64,000 nt of DNA from a bacterium (GCA_028823995.1 JAPPFD010000002.1:53654-117653); one strand, 5' to 3'. Shown: positions 8,567 through 18,179, numbered from the stretch's first letter. Made by a program: numbers and translations. The notes: generated by a model from the letters alone, not told the origin.

Positions 8567-9781
8567 GTGACTACATCGGCGGAGAGCGGGGCGCTGGTTG
8601 CCGGGGTGGGCATGACCCCCTTCGTCGGCTTCCGGGACGACGCTTCGGTGCGGGACATGGTGGCCGAGGCCGCCCGAGCGGCTCTCCTCGACGCCGGGCT
8701 CTCCTCCCCGTCGCCGGTCGACATGGGCGTGGCCGCCTACGAGAGCGATCACTTCAACCGCCAACTGAGCCTCGGGCAGGTCCTCTCCGACACCGTGGGA
8801 CTCACAGGCAAACCCGTGATGCGCGTGGAGGGAGGCGGCGCCACCGGGGCGCTCGCCATCCGCACCGCCCTGACGGCCATCCGCTCCGGAGAGGCCCGCT
8901 CGGTGCTGGTGTTCGGCGGGGAGACCAACGGGCGCTCGGTGGACCGGACCACCGCCATAGAGATCCTGGCCCTCTCCGCCGACTTCGAGTGGGAGACCCC
9001 GGTGTTCGGCACCTTCGCCGCTCCCTACGCACTGATGATCACAGAGCACATGCGACGCTACGGCACCACCGCGGAGCAGTTCGCCGAGATCGCGGTGAAG
9101 AACCGCCGCATGGCCCTCGACAACCCACTGGCGCACCGCGGCATGTCGATCACGGTGGAGGACGTCCGGTCGTCGGCGCCGCTGTCGGACCCCTACCGGC
9201 TGTTCGACGCAAGCCTCCTGAGCGACGGTGCGGCGGCCGTGCTCCTGGCCACCGGGGACTGGGTCGAGCAGCACTCCCCCACCTTCACCGAGCGCCCGCC
9301 AGTGGCCATCCTGGGAAGCGGGTCCGCCACCGACCGGCCCCGCCTCTCGGACCGATCCGAAGAGATGTTCCCGCACTTCGCGGCCAAGCGGAAAGCCGCC
9401 GCCCGGGCATACCGCGAGGCAGGCATCGACAACCCTCCCGACCAGATCGACCTCGCCGAGGTCTACGACTCCTTCAGCGGAGCGGAACTCCAGGCCTACG
9501 AGGACCTGGGACTCTGCCCGGTCGGCCACGGTGGACTGGCCGCCGCGGACGGACGGTTCGACCAGGGTGGCCAGGTGGTGGTGAACCCCTCGGGAGGCCT
9601 GATGGGGCGGGGCTCGGCGGTGGGCGCCACCGGGATAGCCCAGGCGGTGGAGGTGGTCTCCCAGATCCGGGACGAAGTCGGCGGTCCCCGCCAGGTGCCC
9701 GGTGCCCGCATCGGGATGACCGACACCCATGCCGGGGTGGGGTCGCTCAGCGTGGTGAACGTCTTCGGGAGGGTGGGCTGA
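8567..9781 (+). CDS. Thiolase-family protein (SCP-x / nonspecific lipid-transfer-protein-type thiolase)
   Basis: Thiolase-like fold motifs (GGGATGALAIRTA, NPSGGLMGRGSAVGATG) and a Cys-less active-site region typical of the DUF35-partnered SCP2-type thiolases. Confidence 0.75.
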   Translation: MTTSAESGALVAGVGMTPFVGFRDDASVRDMVAEAARAALLDAGLSSPSPVDMGVAAYESDHFNRQLSLGQVLSDTVGLTGKPVMRVEGGGATGALAIRTALTAIRSGEARSVLVFGGETNGRSVDRTTAIEILALSADFEWETPVFGTFAAPYALMITEHMRRYGTTAEQFAEIAVKNRRMALDNPLAHRGMSITVEDVRSSAPLSDPYRLFDASLLSDGAAAVLLATGDWVEQHSPTFTERPPVAILGSGSATDRPRLSDRSEEMFPHFAAKRKAAARAYREAGIDNPPDQIDLAEVYDSFSGAELQAYEDLGLCPVGHGGLAAADGRFDQGGQVVVNPSGGLMGRGSAVGATGIAQAVEVVSQIRDEVGGPRQVPGARIGMTDTHAGVGSLSVVNVFGRVG

Positions 9782-10257
9782 TGCGGGTGACGGGAACAGA
9801 GCGGAATGTGGGCCCCGACGGCCGACCCGTCTACCTGCTGGGGGTGGAGATGGCCCAGCGCTACCGCCATGCAGTGGGGTCCTCCAGCCCCTTCTACCTA
9901 GGGCTGGAACAGGGCGTCCTCCGCGCCACCCGCTGCACGGGGTGCGGAGCGTCCTGGTTCCCTCCCCGCCGGTTCTGCGAGGAAGACCTCACCGAGACCG
10001 ACTGGTACGACCTCCCCGGGACCGGGACGGTCGTCGCCGCCACCCGGGTGCACAGCCCTCCGCCGTTCGGGGGGATCGATCCGCCCTACGTCCTTGCCTC
10101 GATCCGCCTGGACGGGGTGAGAGGAGGCATCACCCACCGGGTGATCGGCGACGAGACGCCCGAGCACGGCGCGGCGGTCACCGTGGAATTCATTGACGGA
10201 GCACCCGCCCATCCCCTCCTAGCATTCGCCTTCGCAATCGAAGGAGAGGCGCCATGA
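9781..10257 (+). CDS. DUF35 / OB-fold plus zinc-ribbon thiolase-partner protein
   Basis: ATG overlaps the thiolase stop (TGATG). Zn-ribbon-like CTGCGASWFPPRRFC followed by an OB-fold-like segment. Gene order thiolase then DUF35 is the canonical pair. About 158 aa. Confidence 0.65.
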   Translation: MRVTGTERNVGPDGRPVYLLGVEMAQRYRHAVGSSSPFYLGLEQGVLRATRCTGCGASWFPPRRFCEEDLTETDWYDLPGTGTVVAATRVHSPPPFGGIDPPYVLASIRLDGVRGGITHRVIGDETPEHGAAVTVEFIDGAPAHPLLAFAFAIEGEAP

Positions 10258-11096
10258 CCCGCCCGGTCGGGATCGAGATCTTCTACTGGCTGGACAGCTG
10301 GTACGACGACCAGTCGGCGGTGTTCCACAAGGCCGCCGAGGCGGGCTTCGACGGAGTGGAGATGTCGTTCGTGGCCGGGACCGATGTGGGAGTGCGCGAC
10401 ATCGCCAGCACCGCATCGTCACTGGGTCTCGATGTCCTGTGCAGCACCGGCCTCACCCCGACCATGGACGTCTCCAGCCCCGACTCCGGCATTCGCTCAT
10501 CGGGGATCTACCACCTGAAGTGGTGTCTCGACCAGGCCGCCGACCTAGGAAGCCCGATCCTGGGAGGCGTCACCTACGCACCGTGGATGGGGTTCCCCAA
10601 AGGCGACCTCGCCGGTCACCGGGAAAGATCCGCCGAGTCGCTGCACACGGTGGCCGAGTACGCCGCCGAGGTGGGAGTCGACCTGTGCCTGGAGGTGCTC
10701 AACCGCTTCGAGACCTACATGTTCAACACCGTCTCGGACTGCCTGTCGTTCATCGAGACGGTGGGACACGACTCGGTCAAGGTCGAACTCGACACCTTCC
10801 ACATGAACATGGAGGAGGACGACCTGGCCGGGGCGGTCCGCCAGGCAGCCGGGAGGATCGGCCATGTCCAGGTGGCGGCCAACAACCGCCGCGCACCCCA
10901 GTACGGCCACATCGACTGGGCCTCTTTCAAAGAAGCCCTGGACGACGTGGGCTACGACGGCTACGTGGTGTTCGAGACATTTCCCAACTCGGCGGTCCAG
11001 ACCGGCCGGGACACCTACGCATGGCGGGACCTCTACGAAGACCTGGACGCCGAAGCCGCCGGCGCCGCCGCCTTCATTCGCCAACACCTGGCATGA
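10254..11096 (+). CDS. Sugar phosphate isomerase/epimerase (xylose-isomerase-like TIM barrel; ketose 3-epimerase family)
   Basis: AP-endonuclease-2/xylose-isomerase-like TIM-barrel features (GFDGVEM, CLEVLNRFE, metal-binding E/D/H pattern, HVQVAANNR). ATGA overlap with the upstream gene. Confidence 0.75.
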   Translation: MTRPVGIEIFYWLDSWYDDQSAVFHKAAEAGFDGVEMSFVAGTDVGVRDIASTASSLGLDVLCSTGLTPTMDVSSPDSGIRSSGIYHLKWCLDQAADLGSPILGGVTYAPWMGFPKGDLAGHRERSAESLHTVAEYAAEVGVDLCLEVLNRFETYMFNTVSDCLSFIETVGHDSVKVELDTFHMNMEEDDLAGAVRQAAGRIGHVQVAANNRRAPQYGHIDWASFKEALDDVGYDGYVVFETFPNSAVQTGRDTYAWRDLYEDLDAEAAGAAAFIRQHLA

Positions 11097-12109
11097 GCGT
11101 CCGAACCCGGCTGTTTCTCAACAACCCGGCCGACGCGGTCGGAGAAATGCTGGAGGGCTACGCCGCCGCACACTCGGACGTCATCAAGCTGTCCGACGGG
11201 ATGGTGGTACGCGCCACGCCCAAGCCCGAGGGACACGTGGGCGTGGTGATCGGCAACGGGTCCGGGCACGAGCCGGCCATGATCGGCTGGGTCGGAGAGG
11301 GCCTCTTCGACGTCAACGTGCCGGGCCCGATCTTCTCCTCGCCCGGTCCGGGCGGCATAGTCGACGGCATCCGGGCGGCCGACCGGGGCGGCGGGGTGCT
11401 GCTCCTGGTCTCCAGCCACGCAGGCGACATCATGAACGCCGAACTCGCCATCGACGAAGCAGACGACGAGGGCATCGAAGACGTGGAGATGGTGATCCTC
11501 TACGACGACATAGCCTCGGCGCCCAAGGAGCAGATCACCGAGCGCCGGGGTGGCGCGGGGCTGTTCTTCGTCTGGAAGATGGTGGGCGCCATCGCCGAGC
11601 GGGGCGCTTCCCTGGCCGACTGCGCCCGGATCGTCCGCAAGGCCCGCGACCGCACCCGCTCACTGTCGGCCGCCATGGGGACCGTCGCGCACCCGGTCAG
11701 CGGCCAACCCCTGGGAGACCCCGACGACACCTCGGTAGCGGTGGGCCTCGGAGTGCACGGAGAGGCGGGAACCCGCCTGGGCGAGGACGTGGAGGCCGAC
11801 CATATCTCGGAGTTGATGATCCGCCGCCTGGTGGAGGACGCCGACCTCCCGGCAGGCGCCAGGGTCGGTCTCCTCCTCAACAACGGCGGTTCTCTCACCA
11901 TCATGGAACTCTCGGTCCTCTACCGGGGGGCGCGGGCCGAACTGGAACGCCGGGGCATCAAGGTGGCCCGCTCGTGGGTAGGGCCCTACGCCACCACCCT
12001 GGACATGGCGGGCTTCGCCTTCGCCATTTGCCAGATGGACAGTGAATTGTTGGCTCTTTACGATGCTCCCGCCCGCGGCGCCGGTTTCGTCATGCCGGGT
12101 GCTCACTAA
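11093..12109 (+). CDS. dhaK: Dihydroxyacetone-kinase DhaK subunit (Dak1 domain)
   Basis: Dak1-domain motifs (VIGNGSGHEPAMIGWVGEG, LLLVSSHAGD, GxGVHGE). ATG overlaps the upstream stop (ATGA). 338 aa. Confidence 0.8.
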   Translation: MSVRTRLFLNNPADAVGEMLEGYAAAHSDVIKLSDGMVVRATPKPEGHVGVVIGNGSGHEPAMIGWVGEGLFDVNVPGPIFSSPGPGGIVDGIRAADRGGGVLLLVSSHAGDIMNAELAIDEADDEGIEDVEMVILYDDIASAPKEQITERRGGAGLFFVWKMVGAIAERGASLADCARIVRKARDRTRSLSAAMGTVAHPVSGQPLGDPDDTSVAVGLGVHGEAGTRLGEDVEADHISELMIRRLVEDADLPAGARVGLLLNNGGSLTIMELSVLYRGARAELERRGIKVARSWVGPYATTLDMAGFAFAICQMDSELLALYDAPARGAGFVMPGAH

Positions 12110-12115
12110 CCGGCG

Positions 12116-12754
12116 GTGTTGGACGGAGACCTTTCAAGAAGGTTGGTCGACGCCGCCCGGCGGCGGGTGAGCGACCACCAGGACGAACTCTCCCGCTTGG
12201 ACGCGGTGGCCGGCGACGGTGACCACGGGGTGAACATGGCCACCGCCCTCTCCGAGGCGATGGAACGAATCGAAGCGTCGGATGACCCCACGCCCGCCGA
12301 GGTGTTCCGGACCACCGGCCGGGCTTTCCACGACGCGGTTGGCGGCGCCGCTGGAGCGCTGTTCGGATCCTTCTTCGGCGCCATCGGGGGACAACTAAAC
12401 AGGTCCGACAACCCCGCCACTCCCGCGGACATGGTGACCGGCATGGAGAAGGGACTAACCCGGGTGATGCGGATCGGGAAAGTGGAGCCGGGCCAGAAGA
12501 CCATGGTGGACGCACTCACACCGGCAGTGGACGCAGCTAGAACCGCATCCGGAGAAGGAGCCTCCCTGGCCCGGATACTCGACGCCGCCGCCCGGGCCGC
12601 CCGACGGGGAGCGTTGTCCACCACCTCCTTGGAACCCCGAGCCGGGCGCGCCCGCTACGCCGCCGAGCAAAGCATCGGGTCTGAGGACCCCGGCGCCTGT
12701 ACCGTGGCGCTTATATTCGAGGCCTGGGCCGAGGCCGTCGAGTCACAGGGGTAG
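12116..12754 (+). CDS. dhaL: Dihydroxyacetone-kinase DhaL subunit (Dak2 nucleotide-binding domain)
   Basis: Dak2 motifs (DAVAGDGDHGVNMA, GGAAGALFGSFF, ARYAAEQSIG). The start may be GTG at 12113. No dhaM is seen nearby. Confidence 0.75.
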   Translation: MLDGDLSRRLVDAARRRVSDHQDELSRLDAVAGDGDHGVNMATALSEAMERIEASDDPTPAEVFRTTGRAFHDAVGGAAGALFGSFFGAIGGQLNRSDNPATPADMVTGMEKGLTRVMRIGKVEPGQKTMVDALTPAVDAARTASGEGASLARILDAAARAARRGALSTTSLEPRAGRARYAAEQSIGSEDPGACTVALIFEAWAEAVESQG

Positions 12755-12963
12755 CACCGGTGGAAGGAAAGTCAGCTTCGGATCGCGAATCTAATCACCA
12801 AGCGATTCGCTCCCTCATGCCCAAACGCCATTATGCTCCGTGCGTAGGGAGAGAGGAGGAACCCGGGACCGGTGAAGCTCACCAAACGCTCATGTCCCCC
12901 GGACACCCCATCTTCAAAACCGAACGCTGGCCAACTTGAACACAAGGCGAGGACCGTAAGCAA

Positions 12964-13170
12964 ATGTCCGACATGACGACACCAGCCGAGCAAGAACTGC
13001 ATCGGGCCCTACGTATGTTGAGAGACATTCATGCACACCGGTCAACATACGACTACATCAGGGAGGCTTACGAGGAACAGGCGATTGCGACCCGCTTCGC
13101 TTGGGAGGAACTGGGCAAACATCTTCAGACAGCCATTGACCGCGTGGGGACCGCGGTTGCCAATGAGTGA
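12964..13170 (+). CDS. Hypothetical small helical protein (68 aa), first gene of a low-GC two-gene insert
   Basis: ORF only, no recognisable motif. Overlaps the next gene by 8 nt. Local GC is about 55%, clearly below the flanks. Confidence 0.35.
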   Translation: MSDMTTPAEQELHRALRMLRDIHAHRSTYDYIREAYEEQAIATRFAWEELGKHLQTAIDRVGTAVANE

Positions 13171-13591
13171 GTTGGCACAATCCTCGAGTGACGACGAACC
13201 CACCGGCGACCAGACGAAGTCAGGATTGCCAGCCCAACCTGAGCAAATTGATCCCCAGGACCTGGCTGCGGTGTTCAAGGCGTTCTCCGTCCACTTGCAG
13301 TCATGGTGGTCCGGGCCCCTGCCTACCCCCTCGGATTTCGTAGCCTACAACGAAGCCCAACCCGATGCCTCCGAACGCATCCTCAGAATGGCCGAGCGAC
13401 AGCAGCGATACCATATGTGGAACAGGATGGTTCCGCTTCTGGTAATCGCCCTCGGAGCGACTGGATCTCTGTGGGGCGCAATGAACGGCCACAGCTCTCT
13501 CGCATTCGGGGGAGTGCCGCTCGGAACCGGCATCGCAATAGCGGCAATCATTACCGCCAGACGGTTACCCCGACGACTTTCGGGAAGCTAA
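13163..13591 (+). CDS. DUF2335-like predicted membrane protein
   Basis: ATG at 13163 (MSELAQSS...). Conserved DUF2335-like core (ERILRMAERQQRYHMWNRM) followed by two hydrophobic helices. About 142 aa. Confidence 0.5.
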   Translation: MSELAQSSSDDEPTGDQTKSGLPAQPEQIDPQDLAAVFKAFSVHLQSWWSGPLPTPSDFVAYNEAQPDASERILRMAERQQRYHMWNRMVPLLVIALGATGSLWGAMNGHSSLAFGGVPLGTGIAIAAIITARRLPRRLSGS

Positions 13592-13633
13592 GGTAGTCCT
13601 AGTTCAAACCGCCCTCGACTCCCCAGGACTGAA

Positions 13634-15076
13634 GTGACGAATAAGAGGCGAGTGAAAATCGGATACGTTGGGGTGGCGTTCGGCACCTACTACGCCGACG
13701 AGCACGACCAGTACGGCCGGGCGATCAGGGGCCTCGAGGCCCTGGCGGACGAGTTCGACTTCGACCTGGTGGCGATCGACAGCGGCGTCCCCGACATGGA
13801 AACCGCCCTAGAGGTTGCGGCACGGCTCAAGTCCGAACAGATCGACTTTCTCCTTTTGCAGACCGCCGCCTGCGCCTCGGGTGAACTCCTGGAGCCCCTG
13901 GCCGAGGTGGCGCCCCGCCTGGGCATCTGGGCCACTCCCGAGCCGGTCCTGGAAGGCTCCATCCAGCTCCACTCCCTGGTGTCGGCCAGCCACTACGCCT
14001 CCATCATCCGCCGCCACCTGTCGGAGAAGAAGATCCCCTACAAGTGGTTCTTCGGCCACATCGACGAACCCGACACCGACCGGCGCCTCCGGGTGACCAT
14101 CCGCGCACTGCAGGGCATCAAGGCCATGGCGTCGGCGCGGATCGGGTGGATCGGCGGCATCTCGCCGGGCTTTTACAACATGAACTTCGACGAAGACTGT
14201 CTGAAGGACCGCTTCGGCGTCACCATAGGCACCCACTCCATCACAGAAGTTGTGGATCTTGCCCGAAGCATCGACGCCCAATCGGCCCAGTCGATGGTCC
14301 AGACGGCCACCGACCTGGCCACCGAGGTGACCGCCGGCCCGATGGGCATGGACCGCAACGCCCGGGTCTACCTGGCGTTGGGCCAACTGATCAAAGACGA
14401 AGGCTACGACGCGCTGGCCGTGCAGTGCTGGCCCACCTTCCAGGAGGAGTACCACATGGCCCCCTGCATGGCCTACAGCCTCCTCGGATCCGAGGACGGC
14501 TTCGCGGTCTCCTGCGAGGGAGACGTCCCGGGAGCCGTCACCATGCTGTTGATGAACTCGATGTCGCAGATCCACGGCTCCTCCACGCTCCTCGACCTAA
14601 CCGCCCTCGACCAGGCGTCCGACGCGGCGCTCTTCTGGCACTGCGGGGTCACCCCCCGCCACTTCGGAGGCGACAACGGGATCCGCTGGGTCGACCACGT
14701 CACCCTGGGCCGGAAGTCCGACGTCACCTACGGAGTGTCGGGCGATCTTCGCTTCGCTCCCCAGAAGACCACAATCGCCTATGCCGGTGACGACTTCACC
14801 GAGATGTTCATCGCCACCGCCGACGTGGTCGAGACCGGCAACGCCGGATTCGAGGGCACCCGCGGCTGGTTCTCGAACTTCCGCCTCTCGGGCGAACCGA
14901 TCAGCCTCGACGACCTGGTGAACACCGCGGTGGTGCAGGGACACGAGCACCACTTCGCGGTGGCCCAGGGCGACCTCTCCTCAGAGCTTGCGGAAGTGGC
15001 CGCCTGGCTCGGCATGCGCACCACCCGTCCGGTACCCCTGAAGGACTATCTGCAGATCGACGGGCTCAACGCCTGA
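13634..15076 (+). CDS. L-fucose / L-arabinose isomerase family protein
   Basis: FucI/AraA-like C-terminal domain motifs (QCWPTFQEEY, EGDVPGAVTMLLM, FWHCG). 480 aa. Confidence 0.7.
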   Translation: MTNKRRVKIGYVGVAFGTYYADEHDQYGRAIRGLEALADEFDFDLVAIDSGVPDMETALEVAARLKSEQIDFLLLQTAACASGELLEPLAEVAPRLGIWATPEPVLEGSIQLHSLVSASHYASIIRRHLSEKKIPYKWFFGHIDEPDTDRRLRVTIRALQGIKAMASARIGWIGGISPGFYNMNFDEDCLKDRFGVTIGTHSITEVVDLARSIDAQSAQSMVQTATDLATEVTAGPMGMDRNARVYLALGQLIKDEGYDALAVQCWPTFQEEYHMAPCMAYSLLGSEDGFAVSCEGDVPGAVTMLLMNSMSQIHGSSTLLDLTALDQASDAALFWHCGVTPRHFGGDNGIRWVDHVTLGRKSDVTYGVSGDLRFAPQKTTIAYAGDDFTEMFIATADVVETGNAGFEGTRGWFSNFRLSGEPISLDDLVNTAVVQGHEHHFAVAQGDLSSELAEVAAWLGMRTTRPVPLKDYLQIDGLNA

Positions 15077-15099
15077 TCGAGACCCAGGCGCAGAGACTC

Positions 15100-15990
15100 A
15101 TGGAAACATCCGCCGCCGCAACTGACAGTGTCCGATCGGCCCGGCTCCAGAAGGTGGCCACCCCCACCGGGCACTTCGCGGTGCTGGCCATCGACCATGT
15201 CGGATCGTTCGCAGCCACCGTCCGACCCGACGACCCAGGCTCGATGACCACAGAAGACATCTGGGCGGCCAAACTGCCGCTAATCAACGGAGTAGGTCCA
15301 GCGGGAGGAGCCATGCTGATCGATCCCGGGTTCCTGGAGGGAACCGGCTTCACCCGCTCGGGTCCGTTGTCGGAGACCGGCCTGATCCTCGGCATCGAGG
15401 ACGGCGACTACGCGGACGTCCTCACCGCTCCCCGGTTCCTGCCCGGCTGGAGCGTGGAGAGAGCCGCCCGCCTCGGAGTGGACGCGGTGAAGATCTCGAT
15501 GTTCTTCGAGCCCGGCGGCGAAACCACCGCAGCGGAGGCCTTCGTAACCGAGGTGGTGGACCAGTGCCGGCAACAAGACATGCCGCTCTTCGCCGAGCCC
15601 CTGGCGCTCTACGACCACTCCCATGAGCGCAGCGAAGCGGTCCTCGAGGGGGTGCGACTATTCGGACACCTGGGCGCCGACGTCCTGAAGCTCCAGTTCC
15701 CCGAGCCTGCGGAGAACACGTCCGAAGAAGCCTGGACCGAGGCCTGCGAGGAGATCGACCGCCTCAGCCCGGTCCCCTGGGCCATCCTGTCCGAGGGCGG
15801 CGACTACCGACTGTTCCGCCGCCAGCTCCGGGTGGCCTGCCGCGCCGGCGCCTCAGGCTTCCTGGGAGGACGGGCGGTATGGAGGGAAGCTGCAACGGGC
15901 GAAGGGACTCTGGAGAGCGCCGCCGCACGCCTGCGAGAGCTGAATTCAATCGCGGTGACAGAGGGTGTAGATTGGAGAAGTCGAAAGTGA
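15100..15990 (+). CDS. Class I aldolase (tagatose/fructose-bisphosphate aldolase LacD/DeoC-like family)
   Basis: TIM-barrel aldolase pattern with the Schiff-base lysine context (GVDAVKISMFFEP, DVLKLQFP). 296 aa. Confidence 0.6.
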   Translation: METSAAATDSVRSARLQKVATPTGHFAVLAIDHVGSFAATVRPDDPGSMTTEDIWAAKLPLINGVGPAGGAMLIDPGFLEGTGFTRSGPLSETGLILGIEDGDYADVLTAPRFLPGWSVERAARLGVDAVKISMFFEPGGETTAAEAFVTEVVDQCRQQDMPLFAEPLALYDHSHERSEAVLEGVRLFGHLGADVLKLQFPEPAENTSEEAWTEACEEIDRLSPVPWAILSEGGDYRLFRRQLRVACRAGASGFLGGRAVWREAATGEGTLESAAARLRELNSIAVTEGVDWRSRK

Positions 15991-16005
15991 GCGCGAAAGG
16001 CTGGA

Positions 16006-17136
16006 ATGACCGTATTTCCAAATGTGAGTGAGGAACGCCGCCGGGAGATGTTCGCTGACGTGGAGGGGCCGACCCGGGTACTGATCGACACCGACACCAA
16101 CAACGAGATCGACGACCAGTTCGCCATGGCCTGGGCGCTCCTCTCTCCGGAGCGGATCGAGGTGGAGGCGGTGGTAGCCGAGCCCTTCGGTCACCTCCAC
16201 TACCGCGAACGGGTGGTGGAGGCCGCACAGGCCCTCCGGGCGGGCCGCGAGCCCGACTCGGACAACCTGATGGGATACTGGGCGCGCCACCTCGTCTCCG
16301 AAGGCATCGATCCGGCCACCATGGACATGTGGGGCCCCGCCGAGGGCATGGAGACCTCCTATGAGGAGATCAAGACCGTCCTCTCCAAGATGGGCCTCCC
16401 CTCTGACGGCGTGGCCTTCCGGGGCGCCGACCGGTACATGTCCGCTCCCGACATCCCGGTCGAGAGCGAGGGCGCGGAACGCATCATCGAGTTAGCCCTG
16501 GCAAACGACGAACGACCCCTGCACGTGGTGGCGATCGGCTGTGTCACCAATGTCTCGTCTGCTCTCCTGATGGCGCCCGAGATCGCCACCAAGATGGTGG
16601 TGAGCTGGACCTCGGGCTTTCCCACCTGGACCGACTTTACGAACCACACCTCGCTCAACCTGGTCCAGGACCCCCACGCGTCGCGGCTCCTCTACGACTC
16701 GGGCGTTCCCCTGGTGTACCTCCCGGGCTTCTACATCGGCGCCCAGTTGGTGATCTCCCTCCCCGAGATGGAGGCCTACTTCAAGGGCAAGGGCGAGATC
16801 GGCGACTACCTATATCACCTCTACACCCACAACCCGATCCGCATCGACCGGGGGGTCAAGTTCTTCCCCGGCCAGTCATGGATAGTCTGGGACCTGATCA
16901 ACATCGCCTGGCTGATCAACCGCCACTGGGTTCCCACCCGCACCGTGCAGACCCCCCGGCTGGACGAGAACCTGGTCTGGCGGCAACGCTCCGACGCTCC
17001 CACCATGCTGGAGGCGATCGACATCAACCGCGACGCCATCTACGGCGACCTCATCGAAAAGCTCGACCGACAGGACGAGATCCTGCCCGGCGTCCGAGCT
17101 CAGCTACAAAGCATCACCGGAGGCGCCGGCGCCTGA
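16006..17136 (+). CDS. Nucleoside hydrolase (IU-NH family)
   Basis: N-terminal DTDTNNEIDDQFA is the DXDXXXDD Ca-binding signature of nucleoside hydrolases. 376 aa. Confidence 0.75.
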   Translation: MTVFPNVSEERRREMFADVEGPTRVLIDTDTNNEIDDQFAMAWALLSPERIEVEAVVAEPFGHLHYRERVVEAAQALRAGREPDSDNLMGYWARHLVSEGIDPATMDMWGPAEGMETSYEEIKTVLSKMGLPSDGVAFRGADRYMSAPDIPVESEGAERIIELALANDERPLHVVAIGCVTNVSSALLMAPEIATKMVVSWTSGFPTWTDFTNHTSLNLVQDPHASRLLYDSGVPLVYLPGFYIGAQLVISLPEMEAYFKGKGEIGDYLYHLYTHNPIRIDRGVKFFPGQSWIVWDLINIAWLINRHWVPTRTVQTPRLDENLVWRQRSDAPTMLEAIDINRDAIYGDLIEKLDRQDEILPGVRAQLQSITGGAGA

Positions 17137-18179
17137 TGAAAGCCGCTGTGCTCCACCCCGAGGGCGGCCTCGAGATCGAAGAGCGCCCGGTCCCCGAACC
17201 GGGACCCGAGGAGGTATTGGTCTCCCCCCGCCTGGTGGGGATCTGCGGGTCCGACCTCCACTACTACAAGGAGGGTCGGATCGGCGACTGGCGGGTTACA
17301 GAGCCCCACGTGCTGGGACACGAGTTCGCCGGAGTGGTCGAAGAGATCGGACCGGACACCGAAACCGTCCCGGTCGGCACCCACGTGGCGGTGGAGCCCA
17401 TCCTCCCATGCTGGAACTGCGACTCCTGCAACAGAGGGGTCTACAACCTGTGTCCCCACATCTCGTTCACCGGATCCCCCCACACCGACGGAGCACTCCA
17501 GGAGTCGGTGGTGGTCCCCGCCCGGGGACTCCACCCTCTACCCGACGACATGGACTTCCAACTGGGAGCCCTGGTAGAGCCCACCTCCATCGCGGTCCAC
17601 GCCGTCCGCCGGAGCGGCCTGCGACCCGGAGAGACGGTCACCATCATCGGCGCCGGACCGATCGGCCTCCTGATCCTGGCGGTGTGCCGAGGCTACGGCG
17701 CCGGAGCGGTCCACATCACCGACATCGACCCCGGCCGCCTCGCCATCGCCGAGGCCCTGGGCGCCACTACCGCAATCAATGTACGGGGAATGGAGACAGA
17801 AGAGATCCGCCAAGCCACCGACCGGGCAGGCACCGACATCGCCTTCGAAGCGGTGGGAAGTGCCCGGACCCTCGAGACCGCCATGGAACTGGTCCGCCCC
17901 AGCGGCCGCGTTGTCGCGGTCGGCGTCAACATCACAGAGCGCATCCCCTTCAACCTGATGCTCGCCCAGTCCCGGGAAGCCACCGTCATTCCCATCTACC
18001 TGGGACGAGACGCCTTCCCCGAGGCCATCGAACTCCTCAGTTCGGGACGGATCCAGGGTGACCGGCTGGTGAGCCACCGTTTCCCCCTCGAGTTCGCCGC
18101 CGAAGCGATGGACACCGCCCTCCAAGGCGGCGAGGGCTCCGTCAAAGTGATGATCGAAGTAAACAGTCAACCGAAGTGA
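17136..18179 (+). CDS. Zinc-dependent alcohol/polyol dehydrogenase (MDR family, sorbitol/threonine-dehydrogenase-like)
   Basis: GHEFAGVVEEIG catalytic-Zn motif, structural-Zn cysteines (CWNCDSCNRGVYNLC) and Rossmann GAGPIGLL. Start overlaps the upstream stop (TGATG). Confidence 0.8.
   Translation: MKAAVLHPEGGLEIEERPVPEPGPEEVLVSPRLVGICGSDLHYYKEGRIGDWRVTEPHVLGHEFAGVVEEIGPDTETVPVGTHVAVEPILPCWNCDSCNRGVYNLCPHISFTGSPHTDGALQESVVVPARGLHPLPDDMDFQLGALVEPTSIAVHAVRRSGLRPGETVTIIGAGPIGLLILAVCRGYGAGAVHITDIDPGRLAIAEALGATTAINVRGMETEEIRQATDRAGTDIAFEAVGSARTLETAMELVRPSGRVVAVGVNITERIPFNLMLAQSREATVIPIYLGRDAFPEAIELLSSGRIQGDRLVSHRFPLEFAAEAMDTALQGGEGSVKVMIEVNSQPK

Noticed and set aside
8399-9730. 443-aa antisense ORF opposite the thiolase gene, and the 575-aa ORF 8530..10257
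   Set aside because: They have no motifs and overlap a strongly supported thiolase gene. The + strand ORF is only meaningful from 9781 onward, where it encodes the DUF35 protein.
10439-12109. 556-aa ORF beginning inside the isomerase gene
   Set aside because: Only the portion from ATG 11093 (DhaK) is coding. The upstream part is an alternative frame of the isomerase gene with a low-complexity translation.
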